NCBI GenBank assembly: GCA_963708075.1
Contig: OY970194.1
Location: 5,056,001 to 5,120,000, forward strand
Length of the DNA: 64,000 nucleotides
DNA from: Sedimentisphaerales bacterium
GTDB lineage: Bacteria; Planctomycetota; Phycisphaerae; Sedimentisphaerales; Anaerobacaceae
Direction of reading: 5' to 3'
The notes under the pieces were generated by a model. The model was not told the DNA's origin, ran no database searches, and was given only the letters and a program-made list of their open reading frames with translations. This document shows, in pieces, positions 43,016-53,451 of this stretch. The translations under genes and the position numbers were made by a program. The first letter of the stretch is position 1, and every line of letters begins with the position of its first letter.

Positions 43016-44006
43016 TCAGGCTTCAATCAGCTTCCACAGGCGGTTGAGCGAATCGATCGTCGTCTGCAATATCGCGGCCTGGTCCATTTTTCGCAGCTCC
43101 TGGTCGAATGGCTCGCACTCCACCGGGCCGTCGTAGCCGATCTTGACCAGCGTGTTGATGAACCCCTTGAGATCGATCACGCCGGTAGTCACGGGGAGTT
43201 TGCGCCGGTTGTCGATCTGCTGATCGATCTCTACGCCGGCGGGGGCGTCGTTGACGTGGACGTGGACGATGTCCCGGGCCGAGAGCTTCTGCATCTCCTC
43301 GATTGTCCCATGCGAGGTGTACCAGTGCCAGCTATCGAACAGCAGGCCCACGTTGCCCGTCCCGATCGCCTGCGCCAATTCCATCATCTCCGCCTGCGTG
43401 GAGGCGAAGGGGAAGCGGAACCGCTCCCGGGACGTGTGCGGCCCGACGAACTCCAGGCCCAGTCGAATATCGTTGTCCTTGAACACCTTGGCCACCTCGC
43501 GCAGCCGGGTTCTCGTGCTGCTTGAAGTTCTGCAGGTACGTCAGCTCGTTGTGTCCGGGCGTCAGCCACGTCGCGACACGAGTCACGCCCATTTGCTTCA
43601 AGACACCCGCCCGTTTCGGCAGGGCGGCGAGGTCCTTCTGAAACTGCTCCTCGCCTCGGCGAAACTCGACAGGCAGCCCGGCGGCGCCGTAGCGAATTCC
43701 CTTTTCCTTCATCGCCGCGACCCACTCGCCAATCTCGGCCGCGGACCTGTTCTCAAACTCGCCCTGGCTGGGACTGATTCCCCCGAATCCATACTTGATC
43801 GCAAACTCCAGCGCCTGCTTCTGATTCGCATTGACGCCGATATGTCCCGGCGCCAGATTCTTGAAGAACTTGACCCCACCCCTATCCTGCCCCGCTCGTC
43901 CGGCCGACCCGACCAACGGAATCGCCGCTGCCGCGACCACTGATTGACAAAACGCGCGTCTCGACAGGCTTTCGGATTGCCTCAATGTCTCACGACTCAT
44001 TGCCAT
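43016..44006 (-). CDS. Tat-exported sugar phosphate isomerase/epimerase (xylose isomerase-like TIM barrel); apparent frameshift near 43511
   Basis: SRRAFC Tat motif; GLEFVGP, LLFDSWHWY, HVHVNDAP and GYDGPVECEPF in the downstream frame. Confidence 0.85.
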
Positions 44007-44087
44007 ATCTCCTTTTGCAGTTGTGCGATGCAGCCTCAATGAGCCTGAGTGTAACGCAGGGCGCACCCGGCGTCAAACTATCAGGCG

Positions 44088-44351
44088 TCACCGTTGCCGG
44101 TCTTTCCAGTTCCACCATTTGAGTCGCTCGGGGTCGGGGTCCTCCGTGGAGGCGTAGTACACGGCACAGCGAAGCACGTACAACATGCACCGGTCCACGG
44201 GCGAGGCCTTAAAGTTGCAGAGTCTGCGGTACAGCTTCTCCGCGTCCTTGCCTTTGAGCTGGCCCACACGCGTGATGCCGAGGCGGCGCAGATCTTCGGC
44301 GATGGATTTGCCGACGCCGGGGATCAGTTCGAGATCGTCTTGTGCTGTCAT
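44088..44351 (-). CDS. Cdd1-like helix-hairpin-helix protein
   Basis: IPGVGKSIAEDL..LGI, DRCMLYVLRCAVYYA, KWWNWKD. Confidence 0.82.
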   Translation of the reverse strand: MTAQDDLELIPGVGKSIAEDLRRLGITRVGQLKGKDAEKLYRRLCNFKASPVDRCMLYVLRCAVYYASTEDPDPERLKWWNWKDRQR

Positions 44352-44779
44352 GCTACAGGCTCCTTGGGACTGCCGGCGAGCGTCAGCACGTAGCCGTTAC
44401 AGTCACGGATATAGAATTCCTCTGTGCCGTAGAATGTCGTGTGCAGGTCCTTGAGGATTGTAACCTTCCGGTGAATGCTTTCATAGAGCTTGCGGGCATC
44501 GGCGACGCGGATATAGAGGGAGATGGACCCGCCAATGGCTTGCCGGTGCAAGGCGGGCAAATCCTGGGACAGGCTCGCCCGGGACTGGAGCATGAGCTCC
44601 ACGTCGTCGCGCTTGATGATGGCGAAAGCCAAGGGTACGTCGCCACTGCGGCTGGTGACAACCTCCTGACTGCCGGCGGGCACACCCATCACAAGGCCAA
44701 AGCCGAGCACCTGCTCATAGAAATCGAGTGTGTCATTGACGCTTGTGACCACGAGATTCGTTGTGATCTTGCTGAACAT
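44348..44779 (-). CDS. VOC family protein (glyoxalase/bleomycin resistance)
   Basis: LDFYEQVLGF...TFYGTEEFYIRDCNGYVLTL. Confidence 0.88.
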   Translation of the reverse strand: MFSKITTNLVVTSVNDTLDFYEQVLGFGLVMGVPAGSQEVVTSRSGDVPLAFAIIKRDDVELMLQSRASLSQDLPALHRQAIGGSISLYIRVADARKLYESIHRKVTILKDLHTTFYGTEEFYIRDCNGYVLTLAGSPKEPVA

Positions 44780-44814
44780 GGCGTTCTCCTTTTTTCAGTC
44801 AGCATAGGCCATGC

Positions 44815-45627
44815 TCAGCGTCGTGTATTGTAAGAAACGGACATGACAGTCGAGGGACTTGCCCCGTAGAAGGCATTGAACTCGTGGATGAAATGGGCCT
44901 GATCGTAATAGCCGGCATCGAGGGCGATTTGCAGCAGGTCCACCTGCGGCCGGCGGCGCAGGGCACGCAGAGCGGTTTTGAAACGGACGATTCGGCAGTA
45001 GGTCTTGGGACCAACGCCGACCGATTCGCGGAAGACTCGCAGCAGTTGGCGCGGGCTGCAACCTGCCGCTTGAGCAAGTTGTGTTACCGTGACCTTGCCC
45101 CGGCAGGCGACTATGGTTTCGAGAGCCTCCCACAGAACCGGGCAAGGCCGAGTCCGGAGGAGCCGTTGAGTAAGCCAATCCTGGAGTATATTGAAGGAGG
45201 CTTCAGTTCCGGGGCTCTCGGCGATCCGGTCGGCGGATACAAAAGGCAGTGGCAGACTATCGAGGGGGACAGTCCGATCGGTGAATTCATGGGCGGGACA
45301 GCCGAAGAGGTGCGTGAAACCGCCGGCGGCGAACCGGATTCCCAGGTACTGTGCTCCGGCAGCTATGTCCTCGAAGATCGGCCGGGTCATCGTGCCGACG
45401 ACATGGCCTTTGTAGGTCTCCGTCGGGCCGTTGCGAGTGAAGATAATGTCGATGCATCCATCCGGTACGATGCGCTGTCGTCTGCGCTCGCCCGATTGCC
45501 CCATGGACTGGCTCGCCCAGAAGTTGCGGACGAACGGACGCAGGCGCTCGTCCGGACACCCGCGGTGAAACTGCAAAGGCTCCGGCTGCGGAACAAGACT
45601 CTGCCGATCCTGTCTCATGCCGGCCAT
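44815..45627 (-). CDS. AraC family transcriptional regulator
   Basis: IVPDGCIDIIF; SPRQLLRVFRESVGVGPK and GYYDQAHFIHEF HTH motifs; start uncertain. Confidence 0.88.
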   Translation of the reverse strand: MAGMRQDRQSLVPQPEPLQFHRGCPDERLRPFVRNFWASQSMGQSGERRRQRIVPDGCIDIIFTRNGPTETYKGHVVGTMTRPIFEDIAAGAQYLGIRFAAGGFTHLFGCPAHEFTDRTVPLDSLPLPFVSADRIAESPGTEASFNILQDWLTQRLLRTRPCPVLWEALETIVACRGKVTVTQLAQAAGCSPRQLLRVFRESVGVGPKTYCRIVRFKTALRALRRRPQVDLLQIALDAGYYDQAHFIHEFNAFYGASPSTVMSVSYNTRR

Positions 45628-45647
45628 TGTACCATATTCCGCGTATC

Positions 45648-47381
45648 TCACTCGACTTCCTGCGTGACGATATGGAGGATTCTCTTTTCCCGGCTCTGCA
45701 GCAGGCGGCCGAGATGCGGCAGGCTGAGCGAGTAGAGGGTGGCCACGAGTGCGAGCTCAACAGCCGAGAAGAGCAGATTCGTCGGCGCCGCCGGCAGCCA
45801 GCCGGCGGTCGAGACCAGCCAGCCCGCCACGGGGGGCAGAAATATCGGAGTCAGCGCCACCGAAAAGGACATATGACAGAGCATAAGCAAGAGAGTGGTC
45901 GACGTGGGCAGCTTTGTCGGCCGCAGGGACCCGGGCGAGATTCGGCACGGAAGCAGCGGCGAGATGAGATTGCCCAGCATGCTCAGCAGCAGGAAGGCCG
46001 TCCCGAATTGCAGACAGGCCGCCAGAACGATGAGCCACGGGATATGCAGAGCCAGTTTGGCGACAAGCAGAAGAATCGATCCGATCCCCATCGCGAACGG
46101 CAGCAGGGCGAGGTTCTTGCCCAGCAGGATCTGCCACCGCGGCACGGGGGACAGCACCAGGGCCCGAAACCCCGCGCGATCGAAGCCGAAATGGTTCAGC
46201 AGGAGTTGCGCCATTCCGAAGAACGGGAGCACCACGGCGGCCGTGGCGGCGAACGGCTGAGCGCCCGCGCTGGACGGCCCCGAGTGCCGGACGACGAACA
46301 TGCCGCCGAAGATCACCAGCCACAGGAGACTGGCGGCCATCGCCATCTTCACTTCCGTTGCGCGGGTCATCGAGCGAAAGAAGGTCAGGGCCAGCGCTGC
46401 CGCTTCATCGGGAACGCCCGGCAGCGTCCTTTCCAGGAGCGTGCGGCGAGTCACGACGGCCCGCTCCTTTTTGCGCCGTGTCTTTGTCTTGATGGACCGG
46501 CCTTCATAGAATCGCCGGGTCGATCTGTAGGCACGACCCAGGCCCAGGCCCGCCAGGCCCAACGTGCCCGCCAGACCGAGGGCCGCCGGCCAGACACTAC
46601 CGCCCGCCAGGTGCATCGCGCCATTGCCCACCCACAGCACCGGCACCGTCCTGTGCAGCCACAGCAACGTCGGCGAACTCTCCGGTTTGCCGTAACGTTC
46701 TATCGGGGGCTCCCTTCGTGTTTCCGGCTGCACCTGTTGGGTGTGCGGCCGTCCATGGTCGTGCGTAGCGTTCATCAGAAGATTTGGAAGCTGCGACAGG
46801 AAAATGAATACCAGTGTGATTCCGCCGACAATCGCGCGGTATCGTCGCGGGTTCTGCATGAGCGTGATGAGCCAGCCGCGAAGATGGTACGTCCAGGCGG
46901 TGATCATGAAGATGAAGCCGAGTGACAGCGGCAGCATCCAGAGCATGGCCCGCCCGCGGCCCGCGGCCAGACCGATCGACAGGCCCAGCATCCACGGCAC
47001 GAATACGATGATGCTCGCGGTGACATGCGACGCGACGTAGTTCACGACGAAGATGCCTCTCATGGAGACCGGCAGGTGAAGCATCTTGCTGATGTCGATG
47101 GCCTCGGATCGCTGGATTTCTGAGACGATTCCGACGACCCACAATATCAGGAATGCGCCGATGGTGCCGTCCCAGACGCCGAGAATGATCCCGGGGGAGA
47201 CTTCATCCAGCGCAAAGAGGCCGACCAGCAGGCCGGCGAGGCCTCCTATGGCCCCGATGATGCACATGAGCGCGGTGACGATCACGGTAATGATGACATT
47301 GAGCCGCCCGCCGCGGGACCACTGATTGCGGGTCAGCCGCCAGCGCAGCCAGAGAATCGTGCACAACTGGCTCCAGTACAT
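45648..47381 (-). CDS. Putative ABC exporter permease
   Basis: Many TM helices; abuts the ABC ATPase gene. Confidence 0.8.
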   Translation of the reverse strand: MYWSQLCTILWLRWRLTRNQWSRGGRLNVIITVIVTALMCIIGAIGGLAGLLVGLFALDEVSPGIILGVWDGTIGAFLILWVVGIVSEIQRSEAIDISKMLHLPVSMRGIFVVNYVASHVTASIIVFVPWMLGLSIGLAAGRGRAMLWMLPLSLGFIFMITAWTYHLRGWLITLMQNPRRYRAIVGGITLVFIFLSQLPNLLMNATHDHGRPHTQQVQPETRREPPIERYGKPESSPTLLWLHRTVPVLWVGNGAMHLAGGSVWPAALGLAGTLGLAGLGLGRAYRSTRRFYEGRSIKTKTRRKKERAVVTRRTLLERTLPGVPDEAAALALTFFRSMTRATEVKMAMAASLLWLVIFGGMFVVRHSGPSSAGAQPFAATAAVVLPFFGMAQLLLNHFGFDRAGFRALVLSPVPRWQILLGKNLALLPFAMGIGSILLLVAKLALHIPWLIVLAACLQFGTAFLLLSMLGNLISPLLPCRISPGSLRPTKLPTSTTLLLMLCHMSFSVALTPIFLPPVAGWLVSTAGWLPAAPTNLLFSAVELALVATLYSLSLPHLGRLLQSREKRILHIVTQEVE

Positions 47382-48143
47382 TCAGCCCTCCAGCCAACTG
47401 AGTGTCTGGCGCTCGATCTGGCCGTGACCGACGACCTGAAGGAACCGGTCCTCCAGCGAGCCGCTCTGGCGGACCTCGTCCATCGTCCCCTGGTACATGA
47501 GTCTGCCCTCGGCGATGATCCCGACAGCGGTGCAGAGTTTCTCCACGATCTCCAGGATGTGGGATGTCAGGAACACCGTCGCCCCGCGCTGCACGGCTCG
47601 CCTGAGGACATCCCGCAGCACGCTGGACGAGACGGCGTCGATGCCCTCGAAAGGCTCATCGAGAAAAAGCACATCCGGATTTGGGATCAGTGCCGCCGCC
47701 AGGGCCAGCTTCTTCTTCATCCCGTGCGAGTATTCCAGCGTGAGTTTCTTCTCCTCGTTGTCCAGATTCATCATGGCCAGCAGCTCGCGGCAGCGGTCGC
47801 GCACCGTATCCACGGGCAGCCGGTACATGCGGCCGACGAATGTCAGGTATTCGCGCGCGGTGAGATTGTCGAACAGAGCGAGCTGTTCCGGCACGACGCC
47901 GATCCGCCGGCGGACCTCGATAGCTCCTTTGGCGTCGGAGATGTCCTGATCGAGGATGCGGATGACGCCGCCGTCCGCACCGAGCAAGCCGGTGAGCATC
48001 TTGATGGTCGTGGATTTGCCCGCGCCGTTGGGGCCGAGGAAACCGTAAAACGTTCCGCGTTCCACATGCAGATCGAGGCCGTTGACGGCGACCAGGTCGC
48101 CGAACCGGCGGGTCAGGCCCTGAGTTTCGATAGCAAGAGTCAT
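47382..48143 (-). CDS. ABC transporter ATP-binding protein
   Basis: GPNGAGKST, YSHGM, LFLDEP, TSH. Confidence 0.95.
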   Translation of the reverse strand: MTLAIETQGLTRRFGDLVAVNGLDLHVERGTFYGFLGPNGAGKSTTIKMLTGLLGADGGVIRILDQDISDAKGAIEVRRRIGVVPEQLALFDNLTAREYLTFVGRMYRLPVDTVRDRCRELLAMMNLDNEEKKLTLEYSHGMKKKLALAAALIPNPDVLFLDEPFEGIDAVSSSVLRDVLRRAVQRGATVFLTSHILEIVEKLCTAVGIIAEGRLMYQGTMDEVRQSGSLEDRFLQVVGHGQIERQTLSWLEG

Positions 48144-48236
48144 AGTAGCCCGAGTCTATTGGCCCCGCACTCAAATCGCAAGCGGCTATTGGTACTCAGC
48201 GGCAAATCAGTGGCGCCGGGTGGCCGCAGCAAGCTT

Positions 48237-48315
48237 GGGTGCCATGTTTACGCTCGCGTAAGCATGCCGTGCCTGTCGAATGGAACATGTCTACGCAAGC
48301 GTAGACATGGCACCC
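48237..48315. repeat. REP/REPIN-like palindrome, family A
   Basis: GGGTGCCATGTTTACGCTCGCGTAAGCATG...CATGTCTACGCAAGCGTAGACATGGCACCC. Confidence 0.82.
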
Positions 48316-48542
48316 GGCCTTCGGCCTTGCCGTTGCCGCCCGAGCTGCACAGGCAAGGAGTTTGAATGCCTCGTTGTTTCGACTCCACGCTCACCTGTCA
48401 GGAATACCCCTATATGCGAATTATGGGTGCGGCAAGTATGCTGGGGTGTTGCTTCGAGATGATTCATATTCGGTTGACAGCGATAGTTTGGTATATTAGG
48501 GGGGTTCACATGACGATGCTTTGTCTTCCGAGGCAGATAAAC

Positions 48543-49454
48543 ATGAGCATTACGGCTGCAATAGGCAATACTCCGCTGGTGGAGTTGAGCAATCTCAATA
48601 GCAAGAGCCCCGCTGTCCGGGTTTTCGGCAAGCTCGAAGGCGCGAACCCCGGCGGCTCCATCAAGGACCGTCCGGCCTACTACATGATCAAAAAGGCGGA
48701 GGAGTCCGGCGAGCTATCGCCGGGAAAGACCATCCTGGAGGCCACGTCCGGTAATACTGGAATCGCCGTGGCTATGATTGGCGCCGCCAAGGGATACAAG
48801 GTCAAGCTCTGCATGCCGGAGTGCGTCAGCATGGAGCGGCAGCACACCTTGCGGGCCCTGAACGCCGAGGTGGTTTTGACGCCCGCCAAAGAGGGCACCG
48901 ACGGCGCCATCCGCAAGGCCCACCAGCTCCTAAAGACCGAGCCGGACGCCTATTACATGCCCGATCAGTTCAGCAACCCGAACAACATCCTGGCCCACTA
49001 CGAGACCACAGGGCCGGAGATCTTTTCCCAGACGGACGGCCGGATCGACGTCTTCGTGGCGGGCATGGGGACCACCGGGACCCTCATGGGCGTACGGAAT
49101 TACCTCAAGGAGAGGAAGCCCCAAGTGAGGATTGTCGGCGTCGAGCCGCCGGAGGGGCACACAATCCAGGGGCTCAAGAACATGTCCGAATCCATGGTCC
49201 CCGGGATTTATGACCCAGACCTGCTGGATGAGAAGATCACGATCAATGACGACGATGCGTTCGAGACGACCCGGCTGCTGGCCGCCCGGGAGGGGGTCTT
49301 CGTCGGCATGTCCAGCGGCGCCGCCGTGGCCGGAGCCCTGCGCATGGCGCGCCAGATGCAGTCCGGCGTCGTCGTCGCCATCCTGCCCGACCGTGGCGAC
49401 CGCTACCTGAGCACCACCCTCTTCCGCTCCATCTGCGCCAAATGCCCGCCGTAG
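48543..49454 (+). CDS. PLP-dependent cysteine synthase (CysK/CysM family)
   Basis: IGNTPLV, KLEGANPGGSIKDR, EATSGNTG, GMGTTGT, PDRGDRYLST. Confidence 0.94.
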   Translation: MSITAAIGNTPLVELSNLNSKSPAVRVFGKLEGANPGGSIKDRPAYYMIKKAEESGELSPGKTILEATSGNTGIAVAMIGAAKGYKVKLCMPECVSMERQHTLRALNAEVVLTPAKEGTDGAIRKAHQLLKTEPDAYYMPDQFSNPNNILAHYETTGPEIFSQTDGRIDVFVAGMGTTGTLMGVRNYLKERKPQVRIVGVEPPEGHTIQGLKNMSESMVPGIYDPDLLDEKITINDDDAFETTRLLAAREGVFVGMSSGAAVAGALRMARQMQSGVVVAILPDRGDRYLSTTLFRSICAKCPP

Positions 49455-49487
49455 TAGTACCCTGACTGTCTCAAGACTGTAGATTGC

Positions 49488-49566
49488 GGGTGCCATGCCC
49501 ACGCTCGCGTGGGCATGCTCCACAGACGGGACAAGACATGCTTACGCAAGCCTACGCATGGCACCC
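49488..49566. repeat. REP/REPIN-like palindrome, family A
   Basis: GGGTGCCATGCCCACGCTCGCGTGGGCATG...CATGGCACCC. Confidence 0.82.
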
Positions 49567-49714
49567 GACTCAACGGCCGAGCATCCGCCTGCCAAATTGG
49601 GAGGTCGAGGTGATAGGGTGCGGCTTACCCCGCCAATTCGCTGGTGTTTTCCGCCTGTTGCGGCCGATAAATGGATAGGTTGGGTTGTTGTCTTCCCGGC
49701 CGCATAGGGATGGT

Positions 49715-50464
49715 ATGTCTATGATGCAGCAGGCAAATCCGATTCCTGTACCGCAGATGCCGCAGAGCCGGCATCGCACCAAGCCGTGCCCGTACTGCGC
49801 CGAGACCATCCGCTACGCCGCGGTCAAGTGCCGATTCTGTGGCGAATTCCTCTCCGGCGACCGCAAGGGCGAGGCAAAAGCTGCACCCGAGGGACAGCCC
49901 GACGAACCACAGCAGGGCGAAGAGGGCCAGGGAAGCAGCGTCCTCTGGGCGGGCCGGCCGAGCGTGTTTGCGTTGACCAGGACATTCCTCAAGATCGCCT
50001 GCTTCACGGCCGTTTGCTGGGCGGTGTACACGTACCCCGTGACGCTTGTGGCCACTTACGTGCCGAATGCCAATGTGAAGGTCGCGCAGTTGGTGCCGGT
50101 GGAGGCCTGGATCGACCTGTCCGTGCTGGCGCTGGGCTTGGGGGCGGTGTTCGCCCTGTTCTGGAAGGCGCTGGCGCTCAAGAGCATCCGCTACGAGGTC
50201 ACGCCGGACCGCATCGAATGGTCCCGCGGCATCTTCGACCGCAAGGTGGACAACATCGACATGTTCCGCGTGGTGGACTTGAAGCTGCGCCGCTCGCTCC
50301 TCGAAGCCTGCCTCGGCATCGGTACCGTGATTCTCCTGACCAACGACGAATCCGACCCGCAGTTCGAGTTCAAGAAGGTCCATCGCTGCCGCCGCCTCTA
50401 CGACACCCTCAAAGAAGCCGGCCTCAACGCCGACAAAAAACGAAACGTCATCCACGTAGAATAG
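49715..50464 (+). CDS. Zinc-ribbon plus bacterial PH domain membrane protein
   Basis: CPYCAETI...KCRFCGE; two TM helices; YEVTPDRI..SRGIFDRKVDNIDMFRV. Confidence 0.85.
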   Translation: MSMMQQANPIPVPQMPQSRHRTKPCPYCAETIRYAAVKCRFCGEFLSGDRKGEAKAAPEGQPDEPQQGEEGQGSSVLWAGRPSVFALTRTFLKIACFTAVCWAVYTYPVTLVATYVPNANVKVAQLVPVEAWIDLSVLALGLGAVFALFWKALALKSIRYEVTPDRIEWSRGIFDRKVDNIDMFRVVDLKLRRSLLEACLGIGTVILLTNDESDPQFEFKKVHRCRRLYDTLKEAGLNADKKRNVIHVE

Positions 50465-50476
50465 ACCCGCCTTGCC

Positions 50477-53389
50477 TTAGGCCTCGCCGTTGCACTCGAT
50501 CTTCGTGACCGATCTGGTCTCCGCGTTGAAAATGATTCTGAGCACAGCGCTCCCGCCGTCGGCTACTATGGCAAACCTGGCGTTCGGAGGTGGCCGGTAG
50601 AAGCTGTGGGACAAGACCATGCTGCAGATCAGGTACTTGACACCATTGTCAATGAAACCGCCGAACTCTTGATTGTATCGCCGGTAGTTGCGCAGAACGT
50701 ACTCACGGTCGAGCCAAGAGCTTGCGATGACTGATGAATCCTCCTCCAAAGAAGCTTTCACAACGGAATCAAGACCCTGGATATCCGCTTGGCTGGGTGT
50801 CCACACGTCATCGAAAGGTATGACGTGGCCTTTCAGGAATGAGCGGACCTCGTGGCGGTCTGTCACAATGATCGTGTAAGGAGCATAGGCCTCAATGAGA
50901 AGGCGGGCAGTCTCCGCCACACTCTGACGGTGCGGGTCCGGCAAGACAATACCGGCATCTTCTTCCCCGGCGATGATCTGCGCTCCCCGGGTCAAGAGGA
51001 TCTCCACAACACCGGCGTGGCCGCGCAGGGCCGCTTCGCGAAGCGCTGTGCTTTTCCAGGCGGCGCGTGCATTGACCTCCACGCCTTTGTCAATGAGCAG
51101 TTCCACGGTTTCTCTATGACCTTGTCGCGCAGCTTCGTGCAAAGGTGTATAATCTTCGAGTGTTCCCGGGTGGATATTCGCGCCGTGGCGAATGAGCAGC
51201 TTGACCATACCCGTCTGCCCGCGCTCCGCCGCCGCATACAAAGGAGTGGGTAACCAGGAATCTTCCTTGCCCCGGTCAACCTCAGCGCCTCTGGCAATCA
51301 GAAGTTCCGCGACAGCCATGTTGCCTTCCCCAGCGGCGAGACTTAGAGCGGTTCGGCCGTGCTCATCCATGGCATTGATATCGGCGCCGCGGCTGAGAAG
51401 GTGTTGCACGGCATTAGAATCGCCGATATACGCGGCGGCATGGATCGTGAGATCAGCACCATGGGCAGCAAGCAGCTTGACGATCTCGCGGTGATCCCAC
51501 TCCATGGCAAGGTCGATGGCCGACTCACCCCAATCATTCACTGCATCGACATCCGCACCTTTTGCGATGAGAAGTTGAACGATATCCTCATGTCCCTGCG
51601 CGGCAGCACACTGCAAAGCCGTCCACCTGACTCCGCCGATTGCTTTACTGACATTGGCGCCTTTAGCAAGGAACAACTCGACCATGTCTCTGCGGCCACT
51701 CTCAGCAGCACTCAGCAGTGCCTGATTAACGGCGTCACTGCCTGGCTTACCCAAAGCCCCTTTGCTGATGAGCAATTCAACCAGATCCCTTAAGCCTTTG
51801 GAGATGGCCATCTCCAAGGGAGTCGTCATCCCGTACTCGTCCGAGGTCCCATTCAGTGCTGCACCGTTCATCACGAGCAGAGCGGCTATATCGTTGTGCC
51901 CTCGTCGCATCGCGGCAAGCAGAGGCACGCCGTTGCTGCTCTTGCCGTTTATGTCAGCACCATGAGTCAACAGCAGTCGCACCACATCTTCGTGGCCCTC
52001 TTGAGCAGCCCAACGGAGAGCGGTCCAGCCGTACACATCCTGTGCATCCACTTGAACGCCGCCGGCAAGGATCTCGCGGGCCTTGTCAATCTGACCAAGA
52101 TATGCGGCTTGATGGATTGTGACCTCAGCCCCTCGCTCGGCAAGCAGGCGAACGATTTTACTGTGGCCCATCTTCATGGCTACCTGCACGGGTGTTTGGC
52201 CGGGTCCAGGCGGCACGCCCGGAGAACCCCGCTTTCTCGACCTTGCCGTGGGCCTCGGAGTCGGGCCCCACGGGTCATCGATCCCAATAGCACCTGCGGC
52301 GTTCAGGGGAGCCCCGGCGGCAATCAGCAATTCGGCCACCGGCTTCCAACCGTAATAGGCGGCAATGTGCAGGGGTGTGTACTGGCTCTTGCGGCGTCTG
52401 ACGTTTACACTGGCGCCCTGCGAAATCAGGAACTTGACCAGATCCGGCTCGCCATACGCGACCGCCTCAGTCAAGGGGGTCTCGCCTTGCTTGTTTGCCA
52501 CATTGACGCTGGCCCCCTCGGCTACCAGCCTCCTGACAATATCGAGATGCCCGTATCTTGCGGCGTACAGCACAGGAGTATCACCCGGCCTGTCAACGGC
52601 ATTCACATCCGCGCCTCCTGCGATCAGGTTGGCCACGATATCGTCATAGCCTATCTTCGCCGCTACGTGGAGCAACGTCTCGCCATCATGGGTTTGCGTC
52701 CTGGCGTCAGCACCCCTGGCAAGCAGAAGTCGGGCTATATCGGGATCGACGTCGCGGGCTCGAAGTGCCTTATGTAACGCCGTGAAACCCCACGTATCGG
52801 CCGCGTTGATCTCCGCGCCGGCCGCAAGCAGCGACTCTATGATTTCTTTCTGACCGTACTCGGCCGCCAATTGCAGGGGCGTCGAGGACGCAGGAGCGAG
52901 CTTTGCGTTCACGTCGGCGCCGCGCGCGATTAGCAACTCCACCAGGCTGGTGTCGCGTAATTGAATTGCCTTACTCAAGGGTGTTTTTCCGGACACATTC
53001 ACTGTCCGGACAGTAGCCCCGTGAGCAAGGAGCAGTCTGGTTATGCTGGACTTCTCGGAGTCAATTGCGCAGAACAGTGGCGTATTGCCGTCCACGTCAA
53101 CCGCGTTGACATCGGCGCCGGCCGATATCAGGAGCTCGACAATAGCTTCCTGTCCGGAGTTGATGGCCACGTGCAGCGCTGTTCGGCTATAACGATCCTT
53201 CGCCCCCAGGTCTGCGCCACCTGCGATCAGGGCTTGCACACGGGCCGCGTCACCCGCCTCGGCTGCCTCATGCAGGGCAGGTGTAATGATGGTGGCCAGC
53301 GGAGTTGTGGTTGCCACCGGCTTCTTCTTGCACCCGAGGCACAAGACCAACGGGATCAAGGCCGCAGCGAACAATCTGAATGCTCTCAT
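50477..53389 (-). CDS. Large ankyrin-repeat lipoprotein
   Basis: Lipobox-like LCLGC; about 20 ankyrin repeats (TPLH.AA); distinct C-terminal domain. Confidence 0.9.
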   Translation of the reverse strand: MRAFRLFAAALIPLVLCLGCKKKPVATTTPLATIITPALHEAAEAGDAARVQALIAGGADLGAKDRYSRTALHVAINSGQEAIVELLISAGADVNAVDVDGNTPLFCAIDSEKSSITRLLLAHGATVRTVNVSGKTPLSKAIQLRDTSLVELLIARGADVNAKLAPASSTPLQLAAEYGQKEIIESLLAAGAEINAADTWGFTALHKALRARDVDPDIARLLLARGADARTQTHDGETLLHVAAKIGYDDIVANLIAGGADVNAVDRPGDTPVLYAARYGHLDIVRRLVAEGASVNVANKQGETPLTEAVAYGEPDLVKFLISQGASVNVRRRKSQYTPLHIAAYYGWKPVAELLIAAGAPLNAAGAIGIDDPWGPTPRPTARSRKRGSPGVPPGPGQTPVQVAMKMGHSKIVRLLAERGAEVTIHQAAYLGQIDKAREILAGGVQVDAQDVYGWTALRWAAQEGHEDVVRLLLTHGADINGKSSNGVPLLAAMRRGHNDIAALLVMNGAALNGTSDEYGMTTPLEMAISKGLRDLVELLISKGALGKPGSDAVNQALLSAAESGRRDMVELFLAKGANVSKAIGGVRWTALQCAAAQGHEDIVQLLIAKGADVDAVNDWGESAIDLAMEWDHREIVKLLAAHGADLTIHAAAYIGDSNAVQHLLSRGADINAMDEHGRTALSLAAGEGNMAVAELLIARGAEVDRGKEDSWLPTPLYAAAERGQTGMVKLLIRHGANIHPGTLEDYTPLHEAARQGHRETVELLIDKGVEVNARAAWKSTALREAALRGHAGVVEILLTRGAQIIAGEEDAGIVLPDPHRQSVAETARLLIEAYAPYTIIVTDRHEVRSFLKGHVIPFDDVWTPSQADIQGLDSVVKASLEEDSSVIASSWLDREYVLRNYRRYNQEFGGFIDNGVKYLICSMVLSHSFYRPPPNARFAIVADGGSAVLRIIFNAETRSVTKIECNGEA

Positions 53390-53451
53390 GTCGCCAATCT
53401 CCCTTCAAGAGACAACCTGCTAACTGCCCTTATGATAAGGCACAAAAGCCG

